Assembly: GCA_033442325.1 (NCBI GenBank)
Contig: JAWQFM010000010.1
Location: 1,065,727-1,129,726, forward strand
Length of the DNA: 64,000 nt
Direction: 5' to 3'
Origin: Salpingoeca rosetta
Lineage: Eukaryota > Protista > Choanoflagellata
Position 1 is the stretch's first letter. Every line of letters starts with the position of its first letter. Position numbers and translations under genes: made by a program. The notes under the pieces are model-generated. The model saw nothing but the letters and a program-made list of their open reading frames with translations. It made no database searches and was not told where the DNA came from. Positions 37,783 through 51,900 of this stretch are shown here, in pieces.

Positions 37783-38279
37783 CACAACAACACACTTCCG
37801 TCTGTGCTCGACCCTTGCTCCCTTGTCCTTTATCGTCTGGCTGCACCGTCCGCCTGCACCGGTCCTCCCCCTTTGTCGTAAACGCTATCTTCTTGCCAGC
37901 AAGCACAAAGGATTAGTGCGCGTGTCTGTGTCTGTATGTGCGTATGATGGTGTTGAAGGCGAAGGTGATGGTGTGGGGAAGGGATGCGTGTCGCTGTGGT
38001 CTTGCTCGCTTGGGTGTCAGCAGCGTTGGTAGTCTGCCGATAACTGGTGAAAGATGCCCATAAATTTCCAAACTCACAGCGCCCAAGCGCCGCAACAACA
38101 ACATCATCAAGCCTTCCCACTCTCCCACTTGCTCCTTCCCCCCTCTTTTTTGTTTGTGTTGTGTTGTGTTGTTGTGGTGGCGGTGTTTGCGCACCCTTGC
38201 GTGCCTCCTTCTCCCTCTGTCACTTTTTATCGCTTTGGCTGTTGTTGAACGCGAATCGCCCACGTGACACTGCTTCATC

Positions 38280-39309
38280 ATGGGAACCTTGGAACGAGCA
38301 CTGGACATGGCGACGCAGCCAGACTCGTCCAACACGTCTGTGTATTCGTTTTGTCAGGCGGTCATGAGCGAGCCAGACGGGCCGCGCGACGCAGTGTACA
38401 TGCTGCTGGACAAGGTGCGCAGCCCGCGGGAGCCCGTTGCTCTTCGCACACTGGAGGTACTTGACAAGGCCGTGTACGAGTGCGGGCCCCCGTTCCAGGC
38501 CGTTGTGGGCAAGTTCAAGTTCCTCAATGAGGTCATCAAGATGGTGTCGCCAAAGTACCATGAGAACAGGACTGAGGCCGTGATTGCCATGCTGTGCCGG
38601 CTGCTGCAGAAGTGGGCGCTGACCATCCCTACCCAGCCCAAGATTAAAGAGGTGTACAAGATGCTCAAGCAGCAGGGCATCACCTTTCCCGAGGTGGATG
38701 AAGAGACGAAGCGCCTCGCTGCGGAAAACACGCCCAAGACGCCCGAGCGGTTCTCGGACCGGCCGTCGCCGCTGGAGCAGGAGGACGAGCGCAAGGCCAA
38801 GCTGCTCGCACGCCTTCTCAAGAGCACAGACCCAAATGACCTAACAAAGGCAAACAAGCTCATCAAGAAGATGGTGGCCCAGGTTCGTTTGTGCATGCTT
38901 GTTTGTGTGTTTGTGTGCATGCTTGTTTGTGTGCGTGAATGCTTTGTGAATGCTTTGTGAATGCTTTGTGAATGCTTTGCGCTATTGTGTGCGTGTATGT
39001 GTGTGAATGCGTGCTGGTACTATTGTGCGTGTGTGGATTCACTGCGCGGGTGAAGTTCCCGAATGCTTCAGATTGAGTGCTTATGTGTGTAAACATGTGT
39101 CTATGTGTCCATTGATTGTGCGGGGTTGTGCGCTGCACGTCAATGCAGGATGCCAAGCGACAGGAGCGAATGGCAAGGACACAGCGTGAACTTCACACCA
39201 TGCAAGAGAACGTGCAGGTGTGCATTTGCTGCAGACTGGCAGTGATTGGACGTATCATTTGAATTCGCGCGCGCGCATGTGTGTGTGTGTGCGTGTGCGT
39301 GTGCGCATG

Positions 39310-39342
<33 letters not shown>

Positions 39343-39622
39343 GTGCGTGTGCGTGTGCGTGTGCGTGCGTGTGCGTGTGTGATGTCCCTGAATGGCCTCA
39401 CGCCAGCATATTTGCTGCTCGTGCTCCCACTGTCCTCCAATGCCACTAGCTGTTGTCCGAGATGCTTGCCAACTTTGATTCAACACAAGGCAGCGTCGCC
39501 CAAGATGAAGTCATTCAGGTCAGTCTGCTGCGTGTGCGTGTGTGGCGACAGAGGAACGGTGCCACGCTCGTGCGCTGTCCCTGCTTCTTGGTCGTACGAG
39601 TCACATCTCCCGTCATGTCTCA

Positions 39623-39689
<67 letters not shown>

Positions 39690-39943
39690 GACGCAGGAGC
39701 TGCTCACGACGTGCAAGGACATGCGGCCAAAGCTCATGAAGATGGCCGGTGAAGTCTCGGAGAAAGACAACCTCCTTGGTGCGGTACCTCGCACCCGTTT
39801 TGTTTGGTTTGGTTTGGTTTGGTTTGGTTTGGTTTGGTTTGGTTTGTTTGGTTTGTTTGTTTGGTTTGTTTGGTTTGTTTGTTTGTTTTGTTTGTTTGTT
39901 TGTTTTGTTTGTTTGTTTGTTTTGTTTGTTTTGTTTGCTTGTG

Positions 39944-39975
<32 letters not shown>

Positions 39976-42079
39976 CGTGTGTGCTTGCACATAATGTTGT
40001 CGGTGTTGTTTTATGCTTGTGTTTTTACTGTTGGACTGTTGGACTGCTGGCGCTTCGTGCTGTCGTACACGCTCCCTCACAACCTCGCGAAACATTTGCG
40101 TGTGTCTTCCACCGCAGGGGAGGTGCTGGCGCTGAACGACGACGTCGGGCGGGCGCTTGACCAGTACAACGCCATGCTCTCCTCCTCCACGCAGGCTGCA
40201 CCGCCATCTACGTCGCACCAGCAGCAGCAGCTACAGCTACAGCAACAGCAACCGCAACAGCAGTCCGATGACCTTGCTGACCTGTTTGGCAACACACCAC
40301 AGCAACAGCAGCAGCAACAGCAGCAAGCAGCTCAGCCGCCGCAGACGCAACAGCAAGCGGGCATGCCATCGCTCTTCCCAGCAACACACGCCTCCCCCAT
40401 GTTCGGGTCACCCGCGCCCCAATTCCAACAACACCAGCCACAGCAGCAGCAACAGCAAGCATTCATGTCGGCCCAGACCACGGCCAGCAGTGACATGTTC
40501 CCTGTGCAGTTCCCCGCACAGCCGGCGCCAGCACCACAGCAGCCGCTGTTTGGCATGCCGCCCGTGTCAGCACCAGCACCAGCAGCCACCACGGCCGCAC
40601 CACCGCCACCCCAGCAGTCCCACCAGCACACCACCACCACCACCACCAACAGCAGCAGCCATGCCGATGACGATGATGATGACATCTTTGGGCTTGGGTC
40701 CCTCGGTCTGTCACCAACCACCACCACGACTGCAACAACGACAGCAGCAGCGCACGAGCCGAGCCTGTCCACGTCCTCTGACGTGGCGCCGCTGGACCTG
40801 CTGGGCGACACGATGTCGCAGCCATCGCCCCCACCACAGCAGCAACAGCACCAGCAACAGCAAGAGCAGCAAGAGTTGTCTGTACCGCAGGACGACAACA
40901 CGCCGCCACCGGATATTGCGTCGCTCTCCTTTGATGCACTGCAGGTGCAGCCGCAGGCAGGCGCTCCGCAAAGCATCTACCAACGCGACAAATTCACGGT
41001 GCGATGTAGCTTGTGTGATGTAATTCGTGTGTGTTGTGTGTGTGTGTGTTGTGTGTGTTGTGTGTGTTGTGTGTGTTGTGTGAGAGAGTGTGTGTATGTG
41101 TGTGTGTGTATGTGACTGCGTCCCCTAGAGTTTGTACAGGTATGTTTGATGTAATTCCATATGCGTTTCATGTGTGCATGTGCTCATTCTCCAATGCATT
41201 TTGCGTTGTGCATCCTCGTTGTCGTGCCACACACAGGTGGAAGTTTGTCGGGTACGGGACACGACGCACTCGTCTGTGCATGTGATGCTGGTGACGTTCA
41301 ACAACCTGGACGCTTCCACTCCCATCACCAACATCAACTTCCAGGCGGCCGTGCCCAAGGTGTGCATGTGTGTGTATGTGTGTATGTGTGTATGTGTGTA
41401 TGTGTGTGTATGTGTGTATGTGTGTGTATGCGTGTGTATGTGTGTGTATGTGTGTGTATGTGTGTGTATGTGTGTGCATGTGTGTCGATATGCGTGGGCA
41501 TGTGTGTGAGTGTGTGAGTGTGCGTGCTTGTTGCAAATGCGTTCTGGCTGTCATTTTGTCTTGTGCTCATGCCCCTCCTCCTGCATGCATTGTTTCAAAC
41601 CATCCCCCTCTCAACACACACACACACACACACACACTGCCTTGCTTGCAGACGCAACAAATCAAGCTTCAGGCCCCGACGTCCACCACTTGTGAGCCTG
41701 CTGGCTTGGATGGAACACCAGGCAAGGCCCACCAAGTCTTTATCATCTCCAACCCACAGAAGGTGTGTTGCGGTTGGTGTTGCGATGAATGTTCGTCCAA
41801 CATGTGAACACTGATTTTGTAGTGTAGTGTGGGGGCGTGTTACCTGTGACAGCTTTGCTGCTACTTGTTTGCATGTACAGTGTGTGCATGAACAGTTGCT
41901 CGTTAGTTTCTCACACACCCGCGTTATCTGCCTGCCCTGTTGTGTTGTGTTGTGTTGTGTTGTGTTTTGCCATCACGCACAAGACGGCGCTCAAGCTTCG
42001 CTTCAAGCTGACCTTCAACGTGGGTGAGCAGGCCATCTCCGACACGCGGGACGTCGCCTCCCTGCCATCACAAGCGTGA
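38280..42079 (+). CDS. GGA: GGA clathrin adaptor (VHS-GAT-hinge-GAE)
   Basis: VHS LERALDMAT..VGKFKFLNEVIKMVSPKY; GAT KAKLLARLLKSTDPNDLTKANKLIKKMV..LNDD; Q/P-rich hinge; GAE FQAAVPK/TQQIKLQAP..ISNPQK/..LKLRFKLTFN ending at TGA 42079. Confidence 0.93.
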
Positions 42080-42268
42080 CGGTCGTGACCGCAACCATCA
42101 ACCACACGCCAAACCAATGGCACACCAAGCGACCAGAACACGAAGCAAACAGAACACGAAGCGAATGGCACTCCAATGCCAATGAGCATCACACAGTCAC
42201 ACACAGACACACACACACACAGACACCCACACCCACACCCACACACACAGACACACACACACACACAG

Positions 42269-42301
<33 letters not shown>

Positions 42302-42995
42302 GACACACACACACAGACACACACACACAGACAGATACACACACCCCCACACACACAACACACCCACTTGCTTGCTTGCGCTTGTTTGTTGGCACCATTA
42401 CAAAAATTCGACGGCTGTGCTGTGTTTTCCGATGGAGAAAGCGTTGGAAAACAGTGTTTTCCGGCCCATCAGCATTTGCCCAGACGAGAAGAGGAAGAAG
42501 AAGCGGTGACTGACGAAAGTGAGTGCGGTCGATGGGCTTGCTGCTCTGCTCTCATGGTGCCACTGGTGCTGAGGCACAGTGGGGTGATGGTCGTTGTTGT
42601 GATAGCGGTGGTTCGTTGCTCGACGCCTGTGTGTGAAGGACAGTGTGTGGCGAGATTTAGTTGTGGGAATGGTTTCCTTTGCTTTGGTGCGTGTCATGGC
42701 GTCGTCCACGACTGCATCCTCGACATGTTTGTGTTGTCACAAGGAGACGATCAAGCAATACATCAAGTCAATCACGACTCGCACTGCCGTTCTCGCATGC
42801 TCGGCTTGCTCACCTGCTGACACGCGCGTTGTCTCACCTGCTGTTTGTCTCGCTCATGCTGACGTTGCTCCATCTCCGGTGTTTTCGATTCCTTTCCGCG
42901 CATCTACCTTTGTGCGCGTGCTACTTGTCCCTCTCCTCCCCCCCTTCTCCCCCCCGCTTCCGGCGTTGCACAGAAACCACTCATCAAACGCAACC

Positions 42996-43844
42996 ATGGC
43001 CGACAACTTCTACACCGGTGTCAAGAAGATTGAGCGCAGCGACATCAAGACGGCTGCCTTCGATGCCCGCTTCCCCAACACAGATCAGACCAAGAACTGC
43101 TGGCAGAACTACGTCGACTTCCACAAATGCATCAAATTGAAAGTGCGATGATAAGACGTGGCTTGTATTGAGTGTAGCGTGTGTCTTGTGTTGTGTTGGT
43201 TGTTGGGTGCTGTGTTGGTTGTTGTTGTGTGTGTAAGCGTGTACGCGAGTGTTGTATGTGTACACGAAAATGTGTTCGTGTGCGAAAGCCTGTAGCACGT
43301 GTATGTGCGGCTGCGGCGGCGATATGGTGACACCCGCTCAACGCATCGTCTTGGCTGTCCTTGTTCCCCCCTGGCTGTCTTTGGTCTCTCTGTCCTCCCT
43401 CCCTCCCTCCCTCCCTTCTTTCCCCCTTTCGCTCTCGCTCTGTGCACAGGGTGAGGACTACAAGCCCTGCGGCCAGTTCTTCCGCACCTTCATGAGCCTG
43501 TGCCCCACGGAATGGGTACGTTTCTGCGCTTGCTCGCATGCGCATGTGGTTCGGTATTCACATCAAGTCTGTGCCCTTAGACGACCACGCGGGTCGTTTG
43601 TTTGTTTGTTTGTTTGCTTGCTTGCTTGCTTGCTTGTTTGCTTGCCTGTTTTTGCGTGACCTTGTCACCCTCTACGCGTCCGCTCACCTCCACCACTTGC
43701 CATCCCCCTGTTCCTCCTGAACCCTTTCTTGAACCTGAACCCTTTCTTGAACCCCCGTCTCCCAACACTCACGTTCCGCAGGTTGAGCAGTGGGACGAGC
43801 AGCGCGAGAAGAACGCCTTCCCTCACCGCGACTTCTCATCGTAA
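42996..43844 (+). CDS. COX6B: Cytochrome c oxidase subunit 6B (91 aa, 3 exons)
   Basis: Exons 42996-43142, 43450-43515 and 43782-43844: [61 protein letters not shown] (CX9C-CX10C motif). Confidence 0.95.
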
Positions 43845-44643
43845 ACGAGGAAAGAAGAGGACCTATGAGCCAGCGTCGTCGTCATTTGTAACTTGTCAAC
43901 ATCAGCCCCCACCTTCCTTGTTTTTCGTGTGTGTGTGTGTCATGCGTCTTGGTTGCTGTGTGCGTACATGGCCTCTCTCATGCTCCACGCGTTGGGAGCT
44001 GGTTCTGTGCTTTGCCAGTGCCAGTGATGCTGACAGTGACCTTTAAGTGCAACGTGCATGTCTTGCTTGCTTGTGTTTGTGTGTGTGTTCGTGTTTGTGT
44101 GTGAGAGTGCTTTTGTCACTCGTTTGTTATTTCCCTCCTTCTCCCTTCTCTCTCTCTCTGCCTTTCTCCCTCCATCTCCTCTCTTTGTCTCTGTATGTGC
44201 CCTTGCAAGTAAACACAGCAGCATGCGTTTCAATGATATGAGGACAATGCCAAAAGGGTGAACAGCCAAAGCAACACTCTTCTCTTCTCCAGCTCTCTCT
44301 CTCACGCAGTGGCGATAATTCATGAGAGATTTGCTTTGTTTTTCGGCCAACCCGCCTGTTCGTTGCGCTTCAACGTCCAACGCACACCACGCACACACAA
44401 CCCGCGCATTCTCTCTTATCTCGGCGACAGACCAGCACAGCGAACGCACACATCAGCAGACACAGGGTACCCCGCCTTCCAGCTTCGCCCCTTTTTCTGC
44501 TTCCACACAGCGTGGTGTCGACTCCCTCCACAGCCCGTGACAACACCTGCCGTCTCTGCGCGTCTTTCCTGTTTTCTTGTCTCCTTCCTTTTTTTTTTCT
44601 TTTGTCTTGATTGGCCGTTGTCCTCAAATCCACCAACAGCAGC

Positions 44644-47234
44644 ATGTCTCGCAAGGACGTTGATCGCTGGCTTGAGACCCTCAAGCAATGCAAGACCATC
44701 CCAGAGTCCGATGTCTTTGCGCTCTGCGACATGGTACATCGCGTTGTATGCAGCATATGCACTTGCGATTGTTTTTTCTTGCTTGTGGCGTGTTGTGTGA
44801 TGATGATAGAAGCGCGCCCTCAATGGATTGTGTTTTGTTTCGGTTGGCTTCTGAACACACCTTGCTTGCATCCTCCCGCGCTCACACGCACGCACACACG
44901 CACGCCACACACAACACACGCACACACGCACGCCACACACAACACACACACACACGCACGCACACACACACACATGAACACACACGCACGCACACGTGTG
45001 CACACACACACACACACACAACACACACCCGCACACGTGCACGTTGTTTCGTGCCATTGTTCTGATGCTGCGTGGCTTGTCGTTTTCCCGCGTGCGCTCA
45101 TGTGCATGCAGGCCGCGGAGATTCTGAGCAAAGAGTCCAACGTGCAACCGATGAGCTGCCCTGTGACGGTGTGCGGCGATGTCCACGGCCAGTTCCATGA
45201 TCTCATCGAGCTCTTCCGCATCGGCGGCGACCTGCCAGATACAAACTACCTCTTCATGGGCGACTACGTCGACAGAGGCTACTACAGTGTGGAGACAGTC
45301 ACCTACCTCGTGGCCCTCAAAGTCCGATTCCCAGAGAGAATAACCATCCTCCGTGGCAACCACGAGAGCCGACAGATCACACAGGTGCGCATGTGTGTGT
45401 GTATGTCGCTGTGTGTGTGTGTGTGTGTCGCTGCGTGCGGAGTTGCCACAAGTTGGTTCTCACACCAACATGCGTTAACGTCAATACCCATGCGTTCACG
45501 TCAACCCCCCCCATGCCTTGCACATCACTCGATCCTTTTTCTGGCACTGTAGGTGTATGGTTTCTATGACGAGTGCCTGAGAAAGTATGGCACGGCAGAC
45601 GTTTGGACCAAGTTCACCACCCTTTTCGACTACTTCCCGCTCACCGCCCTCGTGGAGAACAAGGTGCTGCAAGCAATGATGCAGATGCCTGAAGTGCTCG
45701 CGTCAACTCCCCATGTCCCGCTGCCGCTTGCTCATGCCATTTATCAACACGTTCGTTGTTTGTTCTCCTTTGTCTTTGCTCGCTCCATATTCACATCACG
45801 GGCCTCCGTTGTCTGTCTGCCACCATCGGCTCGTGTCGTTGGATGTGCCTTCAGATCTTCTGCCTGCACGGTGGTCTGTCTCCCAACGTCGACACACTCG
45901 ACAACATCCGTGTCCTTGACCGCCACCAAGAGGTGAGAAGTTGTGATCATGCCTGCATGCCTGCAGCAGCGTCCCATCGGGCGAGTTTTGTGCGGCACGA
46001 TTCAAGTGGCAAGCATTAGCCTTCGCCAGCGCTCTTTCCTCACACACTCACACACACATTCAAATATATCATGCCTGACACACGTACGCACACACATATG
46101 CACTCATACACGCATACACGCACACACTCATACACACTCTCTCACACCACACTCACACACGCACGCACACTGACGCACGCACACTCATGCACACTCATGC
46201 ACACTCACACACCACTCATAATCTACGAACACCCGCCAGGTGCCACACGAGGGCCCGATGTGCGATCTGCTGTGGTCTGACCCGGATGACCGCGTTGGCT
46301 GGGGCATCTCCCCGCGCGGCGCCGGGTACACGTTTGGAAAAGACATCTCAGAGGCATTCAACCAGAAGAACGACCTGCAGCTCATCGCACGCGCACACCA
46401 GCTTGTCGTCGAGGTGCGGTCTCGTGCATGTGTGTGTCGTGTGTATAGTGCATGTGTGTGTCGTGTGTATAGTGCATGTGTGTGTGTTTGCATTGCTCTT
46501 CTTGTGCAAACGCCATTGTAAAAACAAGTTAACCCCCCCCCCTCCATTTGCTTATCAATCGCGTCTTGTTGTGTCACAATAATTTATCTCGGTATCTTGC
46601 TCAACACCCACCCGATACATTCATCCCCCTCCCCACGCCGCTCTCAAATGCAACCGCTACAGGGCTTCAACTGGAGCCACGACAAGAACGTGGTGACCAT
46701 CTTCAGCGCACCAAACTACTGCTACCGCTGCGGCAACCAGGCCGCCATCATGGAGCTTGACGACAACCTCAACTACGTCTTGTGAGTCGACTCCACCCAC
46801 GCGCGCGTGTGCTGTGTGTGCTACATGTACTGCGTGTGCTACGTGTGCTGCCTGCGCTGCGTGTTTTGCATGTGCATAGTAGCGTTTGGGCGTGACACTC
46901 CTCTCGTTGTGTCAATTGCCGCCTCACCGTTGCTCGCGTCCACTTGCTTGGACAGCCTTCAATTTGAGCCCGCGCCAAGGAGGGGAGAGCTGCAGGTCAC
47001 CCGCAAGACGCCAGGTGTGTGTGTGTGTGTGTGTGCTGTGGTTGTTTATTGGTTGGTTGCGTTGATGTGTTGTTTGCGCTGACGTGGAGTTTTTCTGGCT
47101 TTGAGTGCAAGTTTTGTGCCGTGTGTTTGTCCACAATCGTCTGTGTTGCGTCCCACGTTTGCATTGACCTCACACGTGTCGACGCTGCTCCAACTCGCAT
47201 CCTTTTCATACACACATCAGACTACTTCCTGTGA
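44644..47234 (+). CDS. PPP2CA: Serine/threonine protein phosphatase 2A catalytic subunit
   Basis: [48 protein letters not shown] and the PP2A-type C-terminus [18 protein letters not shown]. Confidence 0.96.
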
Positions 47235-48168
47235 TGTGCCCGCGTTACACCTCGCCCCGCTGCCAGTGGCCACTGCACTCTTCACCCCTTCTTCGTTGCC
47301 CTTGTGCTCCCTTGTTGTGTGCTTTGCTTTTTTCGTCTGCTTGTATCGTTCCAGCATGTTTGAACTATTGCACACACATGCATACACATTCTTCCTGCCT
47401 GATGCTTGTTTCCTGGAGTGAGTGAGTGCTGTTGGTGGTGTCTTTCTTCGATGATGTAATTGTGTCCGCATTAAGTCGGTGTTTGTTCTCTTTTGCTGCT
47501 GGTGTTGTCGTAATGGCTGTTTGCGTTTGTTGTGATCATATAGAGATGAGGCAAATGATTGATGAACACGGCTGGTGAATGGCGAATGGCAAATGGGCGA
47601 GCGCTTGCCCGCTGTTGGCACGCTGCGTTTTTGTGTGCTTCCCTATCACAAACTGTGGTTCTCTCTGTGTACAGGAGCGAACAAGCAAGAAGCAAACGGC
47701 AAGAGGATGCATGCGGCTTGCTTCAGGTAGCATCAACACGTGACAAGCATGAGCAGCAAAAAAAAAAAAGAAAAAGAAACAAGGACACAGACAACAGAAG
47801 CAACTTCGCATGTGCATAACACAAGATGCGGAGGCAGACAAAGGGAGCAAGTCAGCAACAAGTCATCAGGTGAAACAACGGGGATGCCAGACGACAGCAC
47901 GACAACATGGAAGAGCAGCAAAAACCAGTGAACAACGAGGAGGCGATTTCAAGTACAACTGCAACGCGGGGAATCACTCAAGTGTATAATCTAGCGACAG
48001 TCACAACAAGTACAACCACACACACACACACACACAGACACACAGACACACAGACAGACAGACACACACACACACACATAAAACTTGGGTTGTACAAAGT
48101 AGGATGAAGCATGGGTTCAAGCAGCTAAACGAATGATAGTGAACAACAGGGTCCGCCAATGGAAAACA

Positions 48169-48895
48169 TCACTTGTGTGGGGTGGAACGCGCACTGTCGC
48201 TTGCTCGACTCGCTCGCGCTTTGCGAAGACGATTGCGTGGTGAGCGCTGGGGAACCTGTGGATGACGTGTGCATGCATACGTGAACGTGAATGTGCGTGC
48301 GCGCGCGCGTGAGGATATGTGTGTGGTGGTGATACACGCCGTGTGTGTGTGTGTGTTGTCACAAATGTGGGTGATGAGACATATGGTGACGAACAAGGCT
48401 GATGACACACACTTCAAAGAGGCAACAGGTTCTGTAGTTAGAAACACCCACCGCAACCAACAACAAGGTACAGCCAACAACAGATGCGCTCGCAATCCCA
48501 GGCCATCACCCCCACCTTGGTGCGCGTGCTGCAGAGGCCTGGGCCGCCAGTGGACTTGAGAATGTCCTGCACAGTCGCCTGGGCCTGTTCACCGTAGTCC
48601 TTCCTGGCGTTGGAGCGTTCCGCATGCTTCACAAGATACTCCTCAAGGTCCATCCAGCCGCCACCAACGCGCACCATCACCTTGTCCCGCAGCACACGCA
48701 TCAGCAGCAGCCGCTTCTCGTTGCCAAGCTGATACTTGCCCTTGGACACGCTGCATTGGGGAGGGGAAGAGGAGTGTGAGCCATGATACATGTGCTACAG
48801 CAGAAGGAGCGACGGACACACACCCAGAAACACACAGGGGAATTCACGCATGCACACACACACACACACACACACACAAGAATTCACGCATGCAC

Positions 48896-48926
<31 letters not shown>

Positions 48927-51900
48927 CACACACACACACACGTACCGCTTCAGCTTTGATTTCATTTGCGGAACAAAGTTGAGGACCTCTGCCACGCGTT
49001 CGTCGACATCATCGCCCTGAACATGTGTGTACGATCCAGACTCCTGCATGGCGGGGAGTGGTGTGAGACGACAAGAGGGGAAGGCGATGGTGAGCAGCAG
49101 TGTGCAAGCAAAAAGGGCACAACACACACGCACACACACACACACAGGTACGCACACGTGCACGAATACACACACATACGCGCGCACACACACACACATG
49201 CACACACATATACACAAACACACACACCACACGCACACAAGCACACGCGCACAAACACACACGCAAGCAACAACGTACGCTTGGGAGGCGGATTGGCTCT
49301 GCTGTTGCGCGGTGGTCTTCGACCTCGTGCGGAAGCGGCAGACCACGAACGCGATACGCAACATCCATGATGCCCGTGACAACTTGGCGATGGTCCTCAT
49401 CGTGCACCAGATCCTCCTCCTCAAACACGGACGGGTATTTGATGCCAAGGCACTGCGCCCACTCGATAAATGCGCGGATGTTGCTGAGGGCAGCCTCGTT
49501 CCCTGGCTCGGCTTCCTCCAGGTACTGCACCTCAAGCAAATCGCGTTCACGGATGAACGACGTGATGTCCTGGCACTCGCGTGTAATGACGACCTCGTCG
49601 CTTGGGCCCTGCTCCGCTTCAAGCTCTCGCAGCTTCTCCTCCACCTCATCAACGATGTTGGCCAGCTGGCACAGCAGCTTCCCGTCGCGCAGCTCGTCAA
49701 TCAGCGTGTCTGCCGTCAGATCCGTCTCCAGCAGCAGGTTCACCCACTCCGCCACGCTCTCAAACAGCTTGCGCTCCTTGCTCGTAGTCGCTGCCTCGCC
49801 GTGGTGTGCACCGCCATCGTGACCATCACCGCCACGCGCCCGCTCGTCCAGCTGTGCGCGCAGCTCATCCACAAGCGACTGCAAGTCCTGCAAGCGGCGC
49901 TGGTCAGCTGCCCGCTGGTCAGACAGCTCCTTGATTTTGCTGCTGTGCTCCAGCCGCAACGCCATAATCTGGTCGGCCGCCGCGTCCTCCGCCGACCGGC
50001 GCGATGAGTTGAGCTCGCGGTCCAGCCGCGCAATCTCCAGCTGCGCGTCTGCGTGTGCGCGCAGCAGCATCTCCTCGCGTGCTGCGCTGCCGCTGTCGGC
50101 ACCAAAGGCCTCCCCAGCCTCTTGCTCTTTCGCCTCCTCCTCCTCCCGCAGGCGTCGCAGTGCGCGCTCCGCAGCAGAGTGGAACGCAATCTCCGCCTGC
50201 TGCAACCGCCCCTGCGCCTGCTGCTGCCGCACGCGTGCGTCCTCCACAGCCTGGCGCGTGCCGGGAGTCTGGTGCTCTGCGTCTTCCTTTCGCGCTGCCT
50301 CCAGCTGGCCCTCTGCTTCCTCCAGCTCCATGCGCGCCTGTAGCCGCCGCTTGTTTGCTGCTCGCGCCTCTTCGTCCTGCACACAGATGAGATCCACGTC
50401 CTCCGGGCGCAGGTTCGACAGCGACATCTCCCTGAACCGCCGCAGCAGCGACGCATTTGCAACCGCGCGATCACGGGCCTCCGTCTCCGCCTCAGACACG
50501 CGCCGCTGCAGGTCCTCCACCTTGAGGCGGTGCGCGCTCGTCTTGGTGTCGAGCTCGGCCTCAAGCTCCTCCTTGCGCGCCTGCAGTGCAGCCATCTTCT
50601 GCGACAGCATGTCCCGCTCCAGGCGTGCTGAGCTCTCCTTACGCTCGGCCTCCATGCACCGCAGCCGCAGCAGCTTCACCTCGTTGTCGTAGCGCTCCTT
50701 GCGCGAGGCCGCCAGCGTCTCCACGCTCTCCAACTTGCGCTGCGCGTCCTCAAGCTTGCTTGCCGTCTCCTCCTCCACCTGCGCGCGTGTGGTTGCGGCG
50801 GCCGTGCGAGCCTCCTCCAGCTGCTCACGCAAGCGGGCCACCTCCGTGTCGTAGTGGCTGCGCTCGGTCTCCAGCGTGGACCGCAGGTGCGTTTCCGCCG
50901 TCTCCAGCTTCTCTTGCGCTGCGTGCTCCTGATCCAGCAGCTGCTGCTCCAAGTCCCGCACGCGCGCTTCCAGGCTCGACTTGGTCTGCTCGGCCTGCTC
51001 CGCGCCCTCCCGCTGCTGCAACTCCAACAAGTCGAGTTTGCTCCTGGCGCTCTGCAGGTCGTGTTGCGCCGCTGCCAGCTGCTCCTCCACCTCCTGGGTC
51101 TCCTTCTGCGCAGCGAGCACGCGCTTCCTCTCCTCCTCACCGGCAGCCTTTGCCTCCTCCAGCTCTGCCGCCAGCGCCCCGGCCCGCTTGTCCGCGTCGT
51201 CAGCGAGCGCAGCGCGCAGCTTGGCCAGCTCCTCCTCGTGTGCTGCTTTGCTCGTCTCCAGCTCCTGGTCTCGCGCTTCCACAGTGGCGGCGGCGGTGGC
51301 CTTGGCCAGCTCGGCCTCGCGTGCCCGCTCCTCTGCCTCGGCGAGTTTGCCTGCAAGCACCTCGCCAGCCTCGCGCTGCTTGCGAGCCTCCTCTGTCGCT
51401 TCCTCCGCCTGCGTGCGCGCCGCTGCGAGTGCGCCGCGCTGTTCCTTCAGCTCGCGCTCGCGGTCGGCCAGCGCAGCCTGCAGCGTCTCTGCCTGCGTGT
51501 TTGCCTGGGCCACCTTCGCCTCAAGCTGCTGCTTCTCCTGTGTGAGCGCGTCCACCTGGGCGCCCATGTCCCGCCTGTCGTTTTCTGCGGCAGTCACGGC
51601 TTCCGAGAGCTTGTTTGCCTCTGCGTCCCTTGTCTCCAGCTGCGCGTTGACGGCTGCCAGGGCGTCCTCGTGCTTCGCCTGCGCAGCTGCCATCGCTGCG
51701 GCTGCTTCTTCCTTGGCCTTTGCTACCTCCTCCTTGCGTGTGCGTTCTGCTTCGTCGCGGGCAGTGGCAAGGGCCTGTGCATGGTCGGCCTGTGCTTGCT
51801 GCAGCTGCTGTGCAGCCTCCTCCTTGACGCGGGCGAGTTCTTGCGCATGCCGCTGCTTCAAGGCCTCCAGCTGCTCGCGAAGCTCTTGCAATTCGTCCTC

